Source: Macrostomum lignano
Taxonomy: Eukaryota
NCBI GenBank assembly: GCA_002269645.1
Contig: NIVC01003407.1
Coordinates: forward strand, 1 to 22,626
Length of the DNA: 22,626 nucleotides
Direction of reading: 5' to 3'
Below the pieces are notes generated by a model. The model ran no database searches. It was given only the letters and a program-made list of their open reading frames with translations, and had not been told where the DNA came from. How positions within the stretch are numbered: the first letter of the stretch is position 1; each line of letters starts with the position of its first letter. A program made the position numbers and the translations under genes. This document shows positions 9,927 to 19,813 of the stretch, one piece after another.

Positions 9927-11057
9927 TGTAGTGAGTCGCTAGTTTAGTTAGGCGCCGCACTAGTCAGCTGCTTCCCTCGCCCTCGCCCCAGGCTTCTGTC
10001 TGCCGCTGGGCAGTTGCCTGTCCCTTCCCGCCTGTCCTCTGGCCTGTCCCTTGCCCGTTTGCCTGTCTGTCTGCTTGTCCTCATTTGCCCCCGTTTGCCT
10101 CGTGTTCTCGTTTTGCAGTGCCCAGACAGCTTGGTCTGGCCTGCCTCTGTTTCGTTCTCTGTTTGGCATCTCCAATTTGGAGTGCCATTCCGTTTTCCGG
10201 TCCCACGGTCACGAGTGCCTTCATTTGTGGGCCTTTTCCCCTTGTCATGTGACTTCCTTCTTTAGTCCAAAGTGCAATGATTTCATCATTGTACGCTGGG
10301 CTCGTGTTTATGGGGAGATCACGTGCGCCCGGACCCCCTTGCCTCCTCTGAGGCAGGGCCCGCTTGTTTGTTGCTAAAAATAGCAACAGAGTCACCCATG
10401 ACTCTCAGCGGGGGTCTTTCGTGCTATGGTGCAATCGATCCTCCCTATAAATGCAGCCCCTCTCATGGCTTGGCTCAGACAAGCCCTTGCTCCGGACTCC
10501 TTTCGCCTTTCCGCGTTTCCAGCATTCAGCACCTGCCAACCCGCTTTCTCTGCTGTTTCCGAGAGTGATACCGAGTTTGCCTCTGAGTTTGAACTCCCAA
10601 GACTCCCGACTTTGCGCGTGTCTGCCTCTGATTGCTCCTGCTATCAATTAGCAGGCCAGCTCGGATCGCCCGAAGCTAGCACTTTCGCTCTCACCCCGCA
10701 CTAGCCCGGCAGGGACTGCTGACGGTGGGCACCTCTGCGCGAGAACTGCTAAATCTGCACGAAGTGCGAGTCTCTTTCTCTCGTCTTAGTTATTTGCTTC
10801 TACGAGCTCAGCACCTCACCGAAGGCTGCGACTCTGCGAAGCTGGTGGCAGCACTACCTACGCTACGAGAACTAGTTTCTAAGAAAGCGGCACCTAGAGG
10901 TCACCGCCCTGCGCCAGGAGACCTACCAGGCCATCTCCAGTCGACATCGCAGAAGCCTGTACTTCACTGGTGGCAGCGCTCCTATTGAAGGCCTCTAGAC
11001 AACAACAGGCAAGACACATATACACTTCAAGTGTTTAGTGTCTAAACGCCCACTACA
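9927..11057 (+). mobile_element. Orphan LTR B (~1.13 kb)
   Basis: Terminal inverted repeat TGTAGTG(AG)...(CC)CACTACA; purine tract GAGAAAGTAGAGAGAGAGGAG at 9904-9924; TATAAAT 10446 with Inr-like TCAGAC ~31 bp downstream; GCCTGTC repeats at 10016-10080. No TSD and no internal coding region. Confidence 0.6.
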
Positions 11058-11562
11058 TCCAGACCGCAATTCTGGGAACAAAATAAAAATTTTAGCTAAT
11101 GCCACTTGTGAGTATTTATAACTTTGGACTTATGAAATAAAAAAACAATATGAAAATGAAACCTTGACATATCAACTACGTATCAATAAAATACAGCAGA
11201 GTAAACATGCTAAATTAAATGAATGGTAATCTTCACAAACCCAGATCGAATGTAATAATTGATTTTGTGATGATGTACCATCAGTGTTCACTCTGCAACA
11301 GCTTTCAATCCTTAACTCTGTATGCGACAATCCGAAGATTGGGCGATGCTATTTAAACCATGCAGTAATTATTTTCCTGTCGTAAAATATTGCTGACAAG
11401 GTGAAATATGGTCTACAGACATAAATTCGCTAAGAGGAGTGTATTGATTTCAATACATGGAGCCTTATTAATTTTGGCACCGGAAGGGAAGCCTAAATAA
11501 GAGCCAGGATCAGCACGCTTGATGCGCAACAAGGCGCAATTCGTCCAAGGCATGAGTCAGAT

Positions 11563-11607
11563 CAGGGGTCAGCAACTTCCGGCCCGCAAAGCCTCTCTAT
11601 CCGGCCC
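11563..11607 (+). mobile_element. Isolated hAT (Charlie/MER58-like) terminus
   Basis: CAGGGGTCAGCAACTTCCGGCCCGC...ATCCGGCCC resembles, from memory, Charlie-type ends (CAGGGGTCGGCAAACTACGGCCCGCGGGCCAAATCCGGCCC). No partner end found. Confidence 0.6.
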
Positions 11608-12023
11608 CCTCAGGTGCTTTTTAAACTTTACAATAGCAATCCGGCCTGCTTGTCTCTTTTCAGCTCTGCTTTTCTTTCTCCTCTCTTCTCTCCTCTTTTG
11701 TTTCCTCTCGGACGGATGCGGCACGACAATCAGCTTCTCGTGCTCATTGAACTGGTCTTAAACGTGCTCTACACGTTTCTATGTAGAAAATATATAAATA
11801 AATAAGTTTTATGAAATTGGGCAAACAGAGAGGCCTGAATATGAAAATAGCGTGCACTCAGCAAGGAACCTTGACATAGTGTATCAAGCGCGCGTTTGAG
11901 CAAAGCACTCGAAAAAGAGGAATGTTGCCAGTTTCAGGTAAATAACCCGAAATTGAGCCCTGGATCCCAAATACTGTACAATCCAACTCTGTATTTGTGA
12001 GCAAAGCCAGAGCTCTATAAGTG

Positions 12024-12030
12024 TATAAAA
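12024..12030 (+). promoter_or_regulatory. Candidate TATA box of cGLR gene
   Basis: TATAAAA 81 bp upstream of ATG 12105. Confidence 0.5.
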
Positions 12031-12104
12031 GTTTGACAGCAAAAGGCAACAAAAATTGTTCCAAAGAAAAACTTCGCAAGTCCCTATACGTGAGGTATTT
12101 AAAT

Positions 12105-13865
12105 ATGGCGCACGACCTCGCAGCTCACAGCCGATCGCTGTCCTCAGCCATGGCGACTGCCGGGTTTCGCTCAACAAACGCAGCGGTGCAGAGCGGCCTC
12201 GCAATGGCAGCTGAGGAGCTGGGCCGACTGCTGGCTAAAAGCTGCCACATCTTTGGCAGCTACGCTGACGGCTGGGGCTCCAACCTGTGCTGCATCAATG
12301 GAGACGTCGCTCCAGACTCCGACATCGACGTGACGTACATCATGACAGACGCGAGCCAGCAAATCCACATTCACCCGCAAGTCGCTGACGGACAGCGGGC
12401 CGAATTTCGACACAACGACTGCCAGCTGACTGAGCCTGCGGAGTACGAGGACGGGCACGTCAAGGCGCGCGTTCGCAGTAAGGAAATTCTCGCTATAATA
12501 TCATACTAATGCATTAGATATGAAATTTAGATATGTACAGAAACGAAATATATCATCTACATCTGTCCTGAAAATGCAGTTTTAGCGCCGAATATCGCAT
12601 TGGAAGTGTCGCAGATGTTGCCTGCAATAGACCTGATTTTGGCGCATTCCTGCTGCGGCTACCCTCACATCGAGCTGCTGCGGCCCGGATACAGGACTTG
12701 CATGTCCGATGACATCATGAGGGCGCTCAGAGAAGAGGTGCTGGGCGAGTCGCCAAGGTGCCACGCCGTCAGCAGCGCGCCGCCCGGTCTGGAGGGCAGC
12801 CGACTTCGAGTGAGCACAACCCTGCTGGAAAGGTCCGTCATGCAGCATCTCACCACCGTGCAGGGTCAGTTCTTCATCCTCGTCAAGTTCCTCATCAAGA
12901 GGGTGATCGGCAGCAGAGTGAGCGGTCTGAAGACGTACGTTGGCAAAAACTTGCTGTTCTACATGCTCGACGAGACACCGGCGAAGGACTGGAAGTCGGA
13001 CAACCTGCTGGCGCTGGTGCAGCACTCGTTGGACATTCTCGTGGCAATGATGGAGAGCTCAGACTCCGAGGACGCCTGCATGAGACATTTTTTCTTGCGT
13101 GACGCCAGAGTGTTCTTCAAGCGAGAGCACGACTCAAAATCGAGGATTGTAGCAGCCGTCCGTCAGTCAGCAGACAACCTGCTCAGCGACCTGAAACCGT
13201 TCAAAGAGTCTCTGCCTAAATTTGAGGTCAACGTGATTCTCCTTTCGTTTATCTCTTACTACCTTCTAGCAGTAGAGTTACTGGAATGCAGTGATTTCAG
13301 CTTGACAAAATACGCTTCCACAATGCAGACGGCAACTGAGCTTTGGTTAAGCATCAGGAGTGAAGCTCCGGTCGGGTCTCGGTCTGGCAGATTGACTCAA
13401 CTTTTGTCGGACGTCGAGCGCCAGATTCCAGACAGCGCTCAGGTCGGCAAAGCCTATCTCAGAGCCGCTGCTCTCTTCAAAATGGGTCAGCTTGTCACAC
13501 CAGAGCTGGAGGAGGCGGCAGGTGCATCTCTGGGCTATATTCGGTGTCCGGAGGGCGACGACAACTCCCTGACGGTGGCTTCGGCCAAGTCACTAGCTGT
13601 GGACAAGCTTGTGCAGACTCGCTGCCTGGGTGTCACAGCGGCAAACGGCCAAATAGTGGACTGCCCGAAGCTGGTTAATGAATACGGGCCGGTTGTGTCT
13701 TTGTTTGAGAAGCACCTGTGCGGCTTCAAAGTGACGAGGCAGCAAATGCTTCTGGCCTTGGCTTCCGGCTCCCTTTGCGCAAGACTCTGGATGAGTAATG
13801 TGAGTGCTCAAGAGATCGGGGGTCGCTTGTTTATTATTGGAAATGAGCTCTATTCACTCTTTTGA
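12105..13865 (+). CDS. cGAS-like receptor (cGLR) / Mab-21 nucleotidyltransferase, two exons (12105-12477, 12580-13865), ~552 aa
   Basis: NTase signature HIFGSYADG (G 12255), SDIDV (Asp 12321, 12327) and third Asp in AIDLILAHSCCGYP (12630). Mab-21 C-lobe motifs RVSTTLLERSVM, FILVKFLIK, LKTYVGKNLLFYML, DWKSDNL, MRHFFL. Phase-compatible GT-AG intron. No stops or frameshifts. Confidence 0.88.
12478..12579 (+). other. Spliceosomal intron of cGLR gene (102 nt; alternative acceptor at 12585)
   Basis: Donor GCA|GTAAGG; AT-rich interior containing the stop of ORF 12021-12509; acceptors TGCAG (12579) and TTTAG (12585), both phase 1, restoring the frame of ORF 12600-13865. Confidence 0.8.
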
Positions 13866-14903
13866 GCACCCAATTCCTAGTTAGTAGCAAAAATGGAATA
13901 CGAGCGTAGAAACGTTAGGGGAGAAAAGCTTTTAACTAGCGCCGCAGCTTCAAACTATATGCTTGAATAGAAAACTCCTGAATACTAGCGATTGCGCAAT
14001 AGGTGTCTAAATACAATTTGCACTGGTCCAAATCGAACACAAAGCACCATGCTCCGTTCTCCGCTTCAAGGCAACCGAGTACAACTCAAGGAACACTATA
14101 GTGGGCAGGCATCTGCGTCACTTGGATATTTTTAGGCAGATCAGCGTTCAAAGACAAAGCGGTCGGCAGCAAGACGCTCAAGACGGAAGAGGGGACAATC
14201 GAGGAGACCCAGACGAGTCACGAGGCGATTCGAATGACAAGAGTTCCCAACAATGAAACCATATTAGACAGCTACTCTCGTGAATTAATTAAAAGTTCAA
14301 AGCAGCTACAAGTGCTGAAAAGTATCTCGACTATCTAAAGTGAATTTCTGACTCTGCAAAATTCAGATGTTAAAGCCCTAACCGCGCTCACCCTAGTTAA
14401 CGACAGCAAGCTTTAATATTCTATACTTTTTCTAATTGTAGAAATTTTGATGGGATATTGGATATCTGTTTAACCCAGTCCGACGATTTTCACAATTTTT
14501 TATCCGAGCTGTTTGTCATGAAAAGTTGATGTGGAAGCGTAGCTCTTTACTTATTTCGACTGCTGATTAGCACTTCTTTGTCTTTGTAATGAACATGCAG
14601 CTGCCTAATCATGAAGTGAAGACGCTTCTAAAAATGGTATATAGTTAAGGAGACTGTGAATCATATTTCAAACGGTAAAAATAACCACACGACAACATGG
14701 TAATTCTGATTGGGCAGATATGAGTCTGTTTTCAAACGCTTCAAAATGAATTCTTAAATTGACAGAGGCGTAAGCGTAAGCAGGAATTCTAATTGGAGGG
14801 TGCCGCAACCTTGATTGGTGCAAATATTTGGTTTTCTTGTCTCTAGGTGGGCATCCCTTTCTCTTGGTGGGCGCCCAGCTGTCTCTTGATGTCCACGCCA
14901 GTC

Positions 14904-15130
14904 TGTTGGTAGGTGTAAAACGAGTGAGGTTTGAGATTGCGAGAAAACCGTTTTGGCGCTCAGGCCTGACAATTGATATATATTATAAGCCGAAGATTGA
15001 GGTGGGGTTTGGGTGTTGCACACGCACGGGCGCAACCGCACGTTGCAAACAACCACCCCCCATATACAAGCACGTACAAATATGACTACGAACAACATTA
15101 GAATATTTATAGGTGCATAGAATGCTCACA
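14904..15130 (-). repeat. 3' LTR of the Gypsy element (distal boundary uncertain)
   Basis: On the minus strand TGTGAGC begins immediately after the PPT; TATAATATATAT near 14976-14987. The ...CCAACA end at 14904 is the best guess; other CA ends exist down to ~14800. Confidence 0.55.
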
Positions 15131-15143
15131 CCACTTCCCCACC
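15131..15143 (-). other. Polypurine tract of Gypsy element
   Basis: GGTGGGGAAGTGG directly abutting the TG of the LTR, ~25 nt after the integrase ORF stop. Confidence 0.7.
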
Positions 15144-15253
15144 AGGGTTTAAAAGACACAACACAATGTCTATGGCAAAAGTTCACAGAAAATCAAGCAT
15201 TCACATTGGGCGATAAAAATCAGGAGGTCTTCGCTCTCTGGCCGACCGTCTCG

Positions 15254-15428
15254 GCAGCTGAGCCTCTTGCTGATTGGTCTCGGTCGCTGCAGCTGAGCCT
15301 CTTGCTGATTGGTCTCGGTCGCTGCAGCTGAGCCTCTTGCTGATTGGTCTCGGTCGCTGCAGCTGAGCCTCTTGCTGATTGGTCTCGGTCGCTGCAGCTG
15401 AGCCTCTTGCTGATTGGTCTCGGTCGCT
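15254..15428 (-). repeat. Five perfect 35-bp tandem repeats in the integrase C-terminal tail
   Basis: Plus-strand unit GCAGCTGAGCCTCTTGCTGATTGGTCTCGGTCGCT at 15254, 15289, 15324, 15359, 15394. Confidence 0.97.
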
Positions 15429-18400
15429 GTCTCATCCGGTCCGCCGTTACCGTCGAACAGCTGCACCCAGGCATCAGGCGCCTGGAGCTGAGGGTCAACC
15501 AGTCCGTCAGCAGCCTCATCTGCGGTAGCCTGCAGGTCGTCGCCGGGCCGTAAGGAGTTGCGCCGTTCCACAAATGGTTTGAGCCGGTCGTGGTGCACCA
15601 CCTGCCTGCGTCGCATCCGCACGCCGGGACCCGAGGCCGGCCGCACTCGGTAGTTGACCTCGCCGAGCCTCTTCAAGATGATGTACGGCCCGGTCCAGCG
15701 GTTACTGAGGCTTTTTGATCTGCCAGGTTTCACCACCTTGCAGCTCAGCATCACCAAGTCGCCCTCTTTGTACGGCCGGAACCGAGTCTCCATGTTGTAC
15801 CGCTCGTTGCGCTCGGTCTGTGACGCCTGCAGTTGCTGATGGACACGCGCCCGGCTGTCCAGCAGGCGCCTCTGAGTTGCCTCTGCAAAGTCCAGCGCAT
15901 CAGTGAAGCCATTCAATGCTTTGGGCAGCTTCGAGTCGATTGGCAGCCTTGGTGGCCATCCGTGCAGCGTCTGGTACGGCGACAGGCCCGTGGTCGAGTG
16001 CACCGAGCTGTTGAAGGCCCACGTGACGAAGGCAAGTTGGAGGTCCCAGTCGTCCTGATCCTCTGCCACAACCGTCGCTAGCATGTCACCAAAGGTTCGG
16101 TTTCCGCGCTCGACCAGGCCGTTGCCGCTGGGATGGAAAGGCAAAGTGCGGCTTTTCTGCATGCCGAGCCGCTGGCACAGGGACTGGAACAGATGGCTTT
16201 CGAATTGACACCCTTGGTCGCTGTGGATTGCGTCTGGGACGCCGTGCCGAAGCGCTACCTGCCTGACCATAGCGTCGGCCACCCGCTCAGCCTCGATGCT
16301 CGGTAGAGCGCAGGTCTCCATCCACTTTGAGAAGCAGTCAAAGATGCTCAGCACGTAACTGTTGCCTCGTGGTGTCCTTAGCAGCGGACCCTTGATATCG
16401 ATCTGGACCATCTCCCATATGGCCTCGACGGCAGTGGAGTCGCTTGCAGTGGTGATCGCTGCGGCCGACTGCTGTTCTTCCGCCGAAGACAAGCGGCGCA
16501 GCTGGCGACCCAGTTCTTGACGTCGTTGTGCATGCCCGGCCACCAGCAGCGGTCGGCGAGCTTGTCCAGCGTTCGGTCTGTGCCGAGGTGACCGCTGCAG
16601 GCGGCGTCGTGCGCGTCAGCCAGGAAATGCGCACGCAGGTGGCTGGGCACCACCGGTTTGCCCTGCCGGACCAGCTCACCGTGTTGCCCGATCTCGATGT
16701 CGCCATTTGCTATGAATTCTTCGAATCGCTGCTGACAGCCTTTGGACAGGTGGACGAAGCTGTCACTGATCGCCTTGAAGACATTCTGCAGAAGGCTGTC
16801 TCGGAGCTGCTCTGCCAGGAAGTCATCGCGATTTGCTAGTTGAGTGACAGCCGTCCGACTGAGCAGGTCTGGCACCACGTTCTCCCGCCCTGGCCGATAG
16901 CAGAGCGCGAAATTGAACTGCTGGATGGTGTCGAGCCAACGTGCCAGCCGACCCTCTGGCTCCTTGGTCTGCAGCAGGCCCTTGAGCGGCTGGTGATCGG
17001 TAACACAGTGAAGTCTTTCACGTTGCACAGGTAGGCTCTGAAGTGCTTGAGACTCCAAACCAAGGCGAGCAGTTCCCTGTCAGTGGCCGAGTAATTTCGT
17101 TCCGCCTTGTTGAGGGTCCTGAAGGCAAACGCCACTGGAAGCTCCGCGTCTCCGTAACGCTGGCAGAGAACCGCACCCACTGCGATGGCGCTGGCGTCGC
17201 AGCTCAGGACAAATGGTCGGCTGAAGTCCGGCAGGCGAAGCACAGGTGCTCGCCCAAGTTGGTCCTTGAGCGTCTGGAAGGCCGTCTCGCACTCGTCTGT
17301 CCAGGTGAAGCCCGTCTTCTGTGTTGCAGCATGCAGTGGTGCTGCTGTCTTGCTGAAGTCCCTGATGAATCTGCGATAGAAGCACAACATACCGATGAAT
17401 CGTCGCACCTCCTCGGCAGAACTTTGTTACTGAATCTTGGCCAGGGCCTCCACTTTGTCCGGATCCGGCCGAATTCCTTCCCGGCTGACGATGTGGCCCA
17501 GGTACTTCACGCTCCTGTGAGCGAACACCGACTTGTCCTTGTTGAGCTTCAGTCCCGCAGCTCGCAGCCTGTCAAAAACTTTGCGCAGGCTGGCCAGATG
17601 CTCTTCGAAGCTCCGACTGAACACGATCAAGTCATCCACGTAGACTAGCACCTCCTCCCAGGTCAGGCCGGACATAACGAGCTCCATTAGCCTCTGGAAG
17701 GTCGCAGGAGAGTTGCAAATACCGAAGCCCATCTTCTTGAACTGCATAAGGCCTCGCGTGGAATAGAAAGCAGTCTTGTAGCGGTCTGCCTCGTCGACCA
17801 CGACCTGGTTGAGCCCCTGCTTGCAGTCGATGGTGGTAAACCAAGAGCAGCCCGCCAGAGCATCCATCGATTGTTGCAGGTGCGGCAGGGGGTAGGCGTC
17901 CTTGATGGTCACAGCGTTCAACTGACGCCAGTCGGTGCATAGGCGGATGTCGCCGCTCTTTTTCCGGACGACGATCAGATTGCTGGCCCAGGGCGAGTTG
18001 GACGGCTCAATGATGTCGTGCTCCAGCATCTGGCCGATTTTCTGGTCGACCTGGTCACGAACCGGCAGCGGAATCGGTCGCTGGCGCTGCTTGTAGGGCT
18101 CGCTGTGGAGCCGAGGTCGTACTCGTGAGTGCTGAATAGGTCACCGTTCGCCTTGAGCAGTGCCAGTAGTCTCTGCCTTTCAGCCGCATCCAAGTCAGGG
18201 TTGACATCCCAGCAGTCCGACTGCTTGACTGTGCCAGCGCTGTTGTTGATCAGGTCGGCAGCTTCAAAAGAGCCGACGGCCTTGTTGGCGTAGAGCAGCA
18301 CCTCCTCGGAGCCTAAATTGCACACCCGGACTGGAATCTTCTGATCAGCTGAAACGGTCAAAACTCTCGAGACAAGCAAACCAGTCGCTTGGGTAAAGTT

Positions 18401-18927
18401 GGCGTCGGGCTCGAAGATGCCTTGCTCGTCTTCCGACTTGACGCGGAGCCACACCAGCTTTTCGCTGCGTGCTGGAACACTTGTGTTGCTTTCCACTCGA
18501 GCAACGAGGGTGCCGGTCACCATTCGGACGCTTGAGCTGCTGTTGAAGAACGGGACTTTCTCTCCGTTGAGGCATACGGTCCTACCAACGATGTCGATCT
18601 GAAGCTCTCGGGTGGCTTGGGTGATGAAGTCCATGCCGAGGATGAGATCCAGACTGATGTTCTCCACCACGTTGAGCTCGTGGACGACCTTGACTGACTG
18701 GCCGACTTGAATTGTGGCTCGGGAAATCCCGATGCAACTCAGGCGGCCACCATCGACCGAAGTCGGGCAGCAGCTTTCACCGGGCTCGATCTGAAGGCCG
18801 CAGACTTGCGCGAGGCTGCGGCTGATCAAGGATGTCTGTGCGCCAGTGTCGAGCAGGAAACTGACCTCCTTGCCTTGCAGAAGCGCACGCACGAAGATGG
18901 AGAGTGCAGATTGGGCACTTGATTGAC

Positions 18928-18970
18928 GGGTTGGAGCTGGCCCTTCGCTGCCAACCCTCAGAAGTTTCCC
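18928..18970 (-). promoter_or_regulatory. Programmed -1 ribosomal frameshift signal at gag/pol junction
   Basis: Slippery heptamer G GGA AAC (18970-18964); gag stop TGA (18960-18958); 6-nt spacer; then stem GGGTTGG/CCAACCC (18957-18928). pol is in the -1 frame. Confidence 0.8.
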
Positions 18971-19370
18971 GACGGCCGAGCCTTTGACGGACAGACAGCC
19001 GCGCCGTGGCCCCAGCCGGAGCAGTTGAAGCAGCGACCTTGGCCCTGAGATCCGCCAGCAGGGCACGGCGGGCGATGTGGCCTTCCTTACCGCACCGAAG
19101 CAGCCTGATGACCGCTGCTGCTGATCTCTCTGTCTGCCGCCACCGCGTCCTCTCGCGCTGCCGCCCCTCGTCACCGCAGCCGTCAGGGTCTCCAGCTGCT
19201 GCTCCAGCCGTGCCAGTCGATCGTCAACCATCGCCACTGCGGGCGAGTTGCCTGGTTTGCATTTTCTCGCGATTTGCTCCAGCCTCGTGGCCTGCTCGAC
19301 CAGCTCCTCCAGCGTGCAGGAGTCCAGGTCCCTGTCCTTGAGCAGGGTGTCGCAGTCATCAGCTGAAGTC
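18958..19370 (-). pseudogene. gag: Gypsy gag C-terminal fragment with two zinc knuckles
   Basis: TLEELVEQATRLEQ capsid-end motif; knuckle 1 CF-CGKEGHIAR-C (two 1-nt losses at ~19095 and ~19066); knuckle 2 CFNCSGWGHGAAVC intact; ends GNF*. Confidence 0.85.
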
Positions 19371-19734
19371 GATAATTTTCACGAGTAACCAAAGGAAACT
19401 CTTAATTAACAAATTCATGAATTGCTGATGTTTCCAAAACAGAGGTTGTTTTAACGTTCTAGTCAATGCATTTAAACATTTTATGTTTTTAAAAACATTT
19501 TCTGTCAAAACGAGTAATTTTTTAGTTCTTTAATTTTTTAGTTTTTAGTTTTTTAATTCCTTTTAAAGAATTCAGTGTTTTATTACATGCAGTAGCTGTA
19601 TCCCCTGTGTGTGTTAGAATTTTACGGGTCAGCTACAATAACCGGCACAATCAACTTTGCATGATTTCCGCTCCAGTTTGAAGACATTAAATTTATATTG
19701 GAAAAATCACCGAATTGCTTCCTGTCGAATTCAA

Positions 19735-19741
19735 TATAAAA
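19735..19741 (+). promoter_or_regulatory. TATA box of secreted peptide gene copy 2
   Basis: TATAAAA in the same context as copy 1. Confidence 0.6.
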
Positions 19742-19813
19742 GCAAGCGTGTATCGTGATTATAGGCTAAACAATTTAAAAATCAGTGAAAGCACTGAAAA
19801 AAACGATTGAGCA

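Larger units (their letters stand above)
15170..18970 (-). pseudogene. pol: Gypsy pol (protease, RT, RNase H, integrase), disrupted by several frameshifts and a small deletion
   Basis: PR FLLDTGAQ; RT KDAYPLP and YVDDLIVFS; RH SCDASAIAVGAVL and NYSATDRELLA; INT HHCC (AHDAACSGH...CAAC), D,D35E core (QIDIKGP, HSDQGCQF, NGLVERGN) and GPY motif (WTGPY). About a dozen codons are missing between DLGST and PYKQRQ (~18110). Confidence 0.95.
14904..19370 (-). mobile_element. Ty3/Gypsy (Metaviridae) LTR retrotransposon, 5'-truncated within gag
   Basis: Domain order gag(CCHC x2)-PR-RT-RH-INT, then PPT and LTR. Sequence stops abruptly at 19370 where duplication copy 2 begins; no 5' LTR or PBS. Confidence 0.96.

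Noticed and set aside
9505-9942. ORFs 9571-9942 (hydrophobic) and 9505-9816 (charged)
   Set aside because: Translation artefacts of the CT-rich microsatellite.
9960-10988. Multiple short overlapping ORFs
   Set aside because: They lie inside GC-rich LTR B and have no domain features.
12021-12104. GTG start at 12021 for the cGLR
   Set aside because: Non-ATG start overlapping the TATA box; ATG 12105 is the plausible eukaryotic start.
13227-13275. Second intron in the cGLR (GAG|GTCAAC...pyrimidine tract...TAG/CAG)
   Set aside because: Candidate lengths of 43, 46 and 49 nt all break the frame and cause early stops, whereas the unspliced frame stays open for ~200 more codons. Not fully excluded without RNA data.
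14885-14903. PBS-like TGGCGTGGAC after the Gypsy 3' LTR (tandem element)
   Set aside because: Only a short match to a tRNA 3' end, the LTR boundary is uncertain, and no gag follows.
15344-17385. Plus-strand ORFs antisense to pol
   Set aside because: Expected shadows of GC-rich coding sequence; no motifs.
17975-19237. Natural in-frame gag-pol fusion of 420 aa
   Set aside because: Explained by two 1-nt losses plus the -1 frameshift site; the middle of the ORF is out-of-frame zinc-knuckle sequence.
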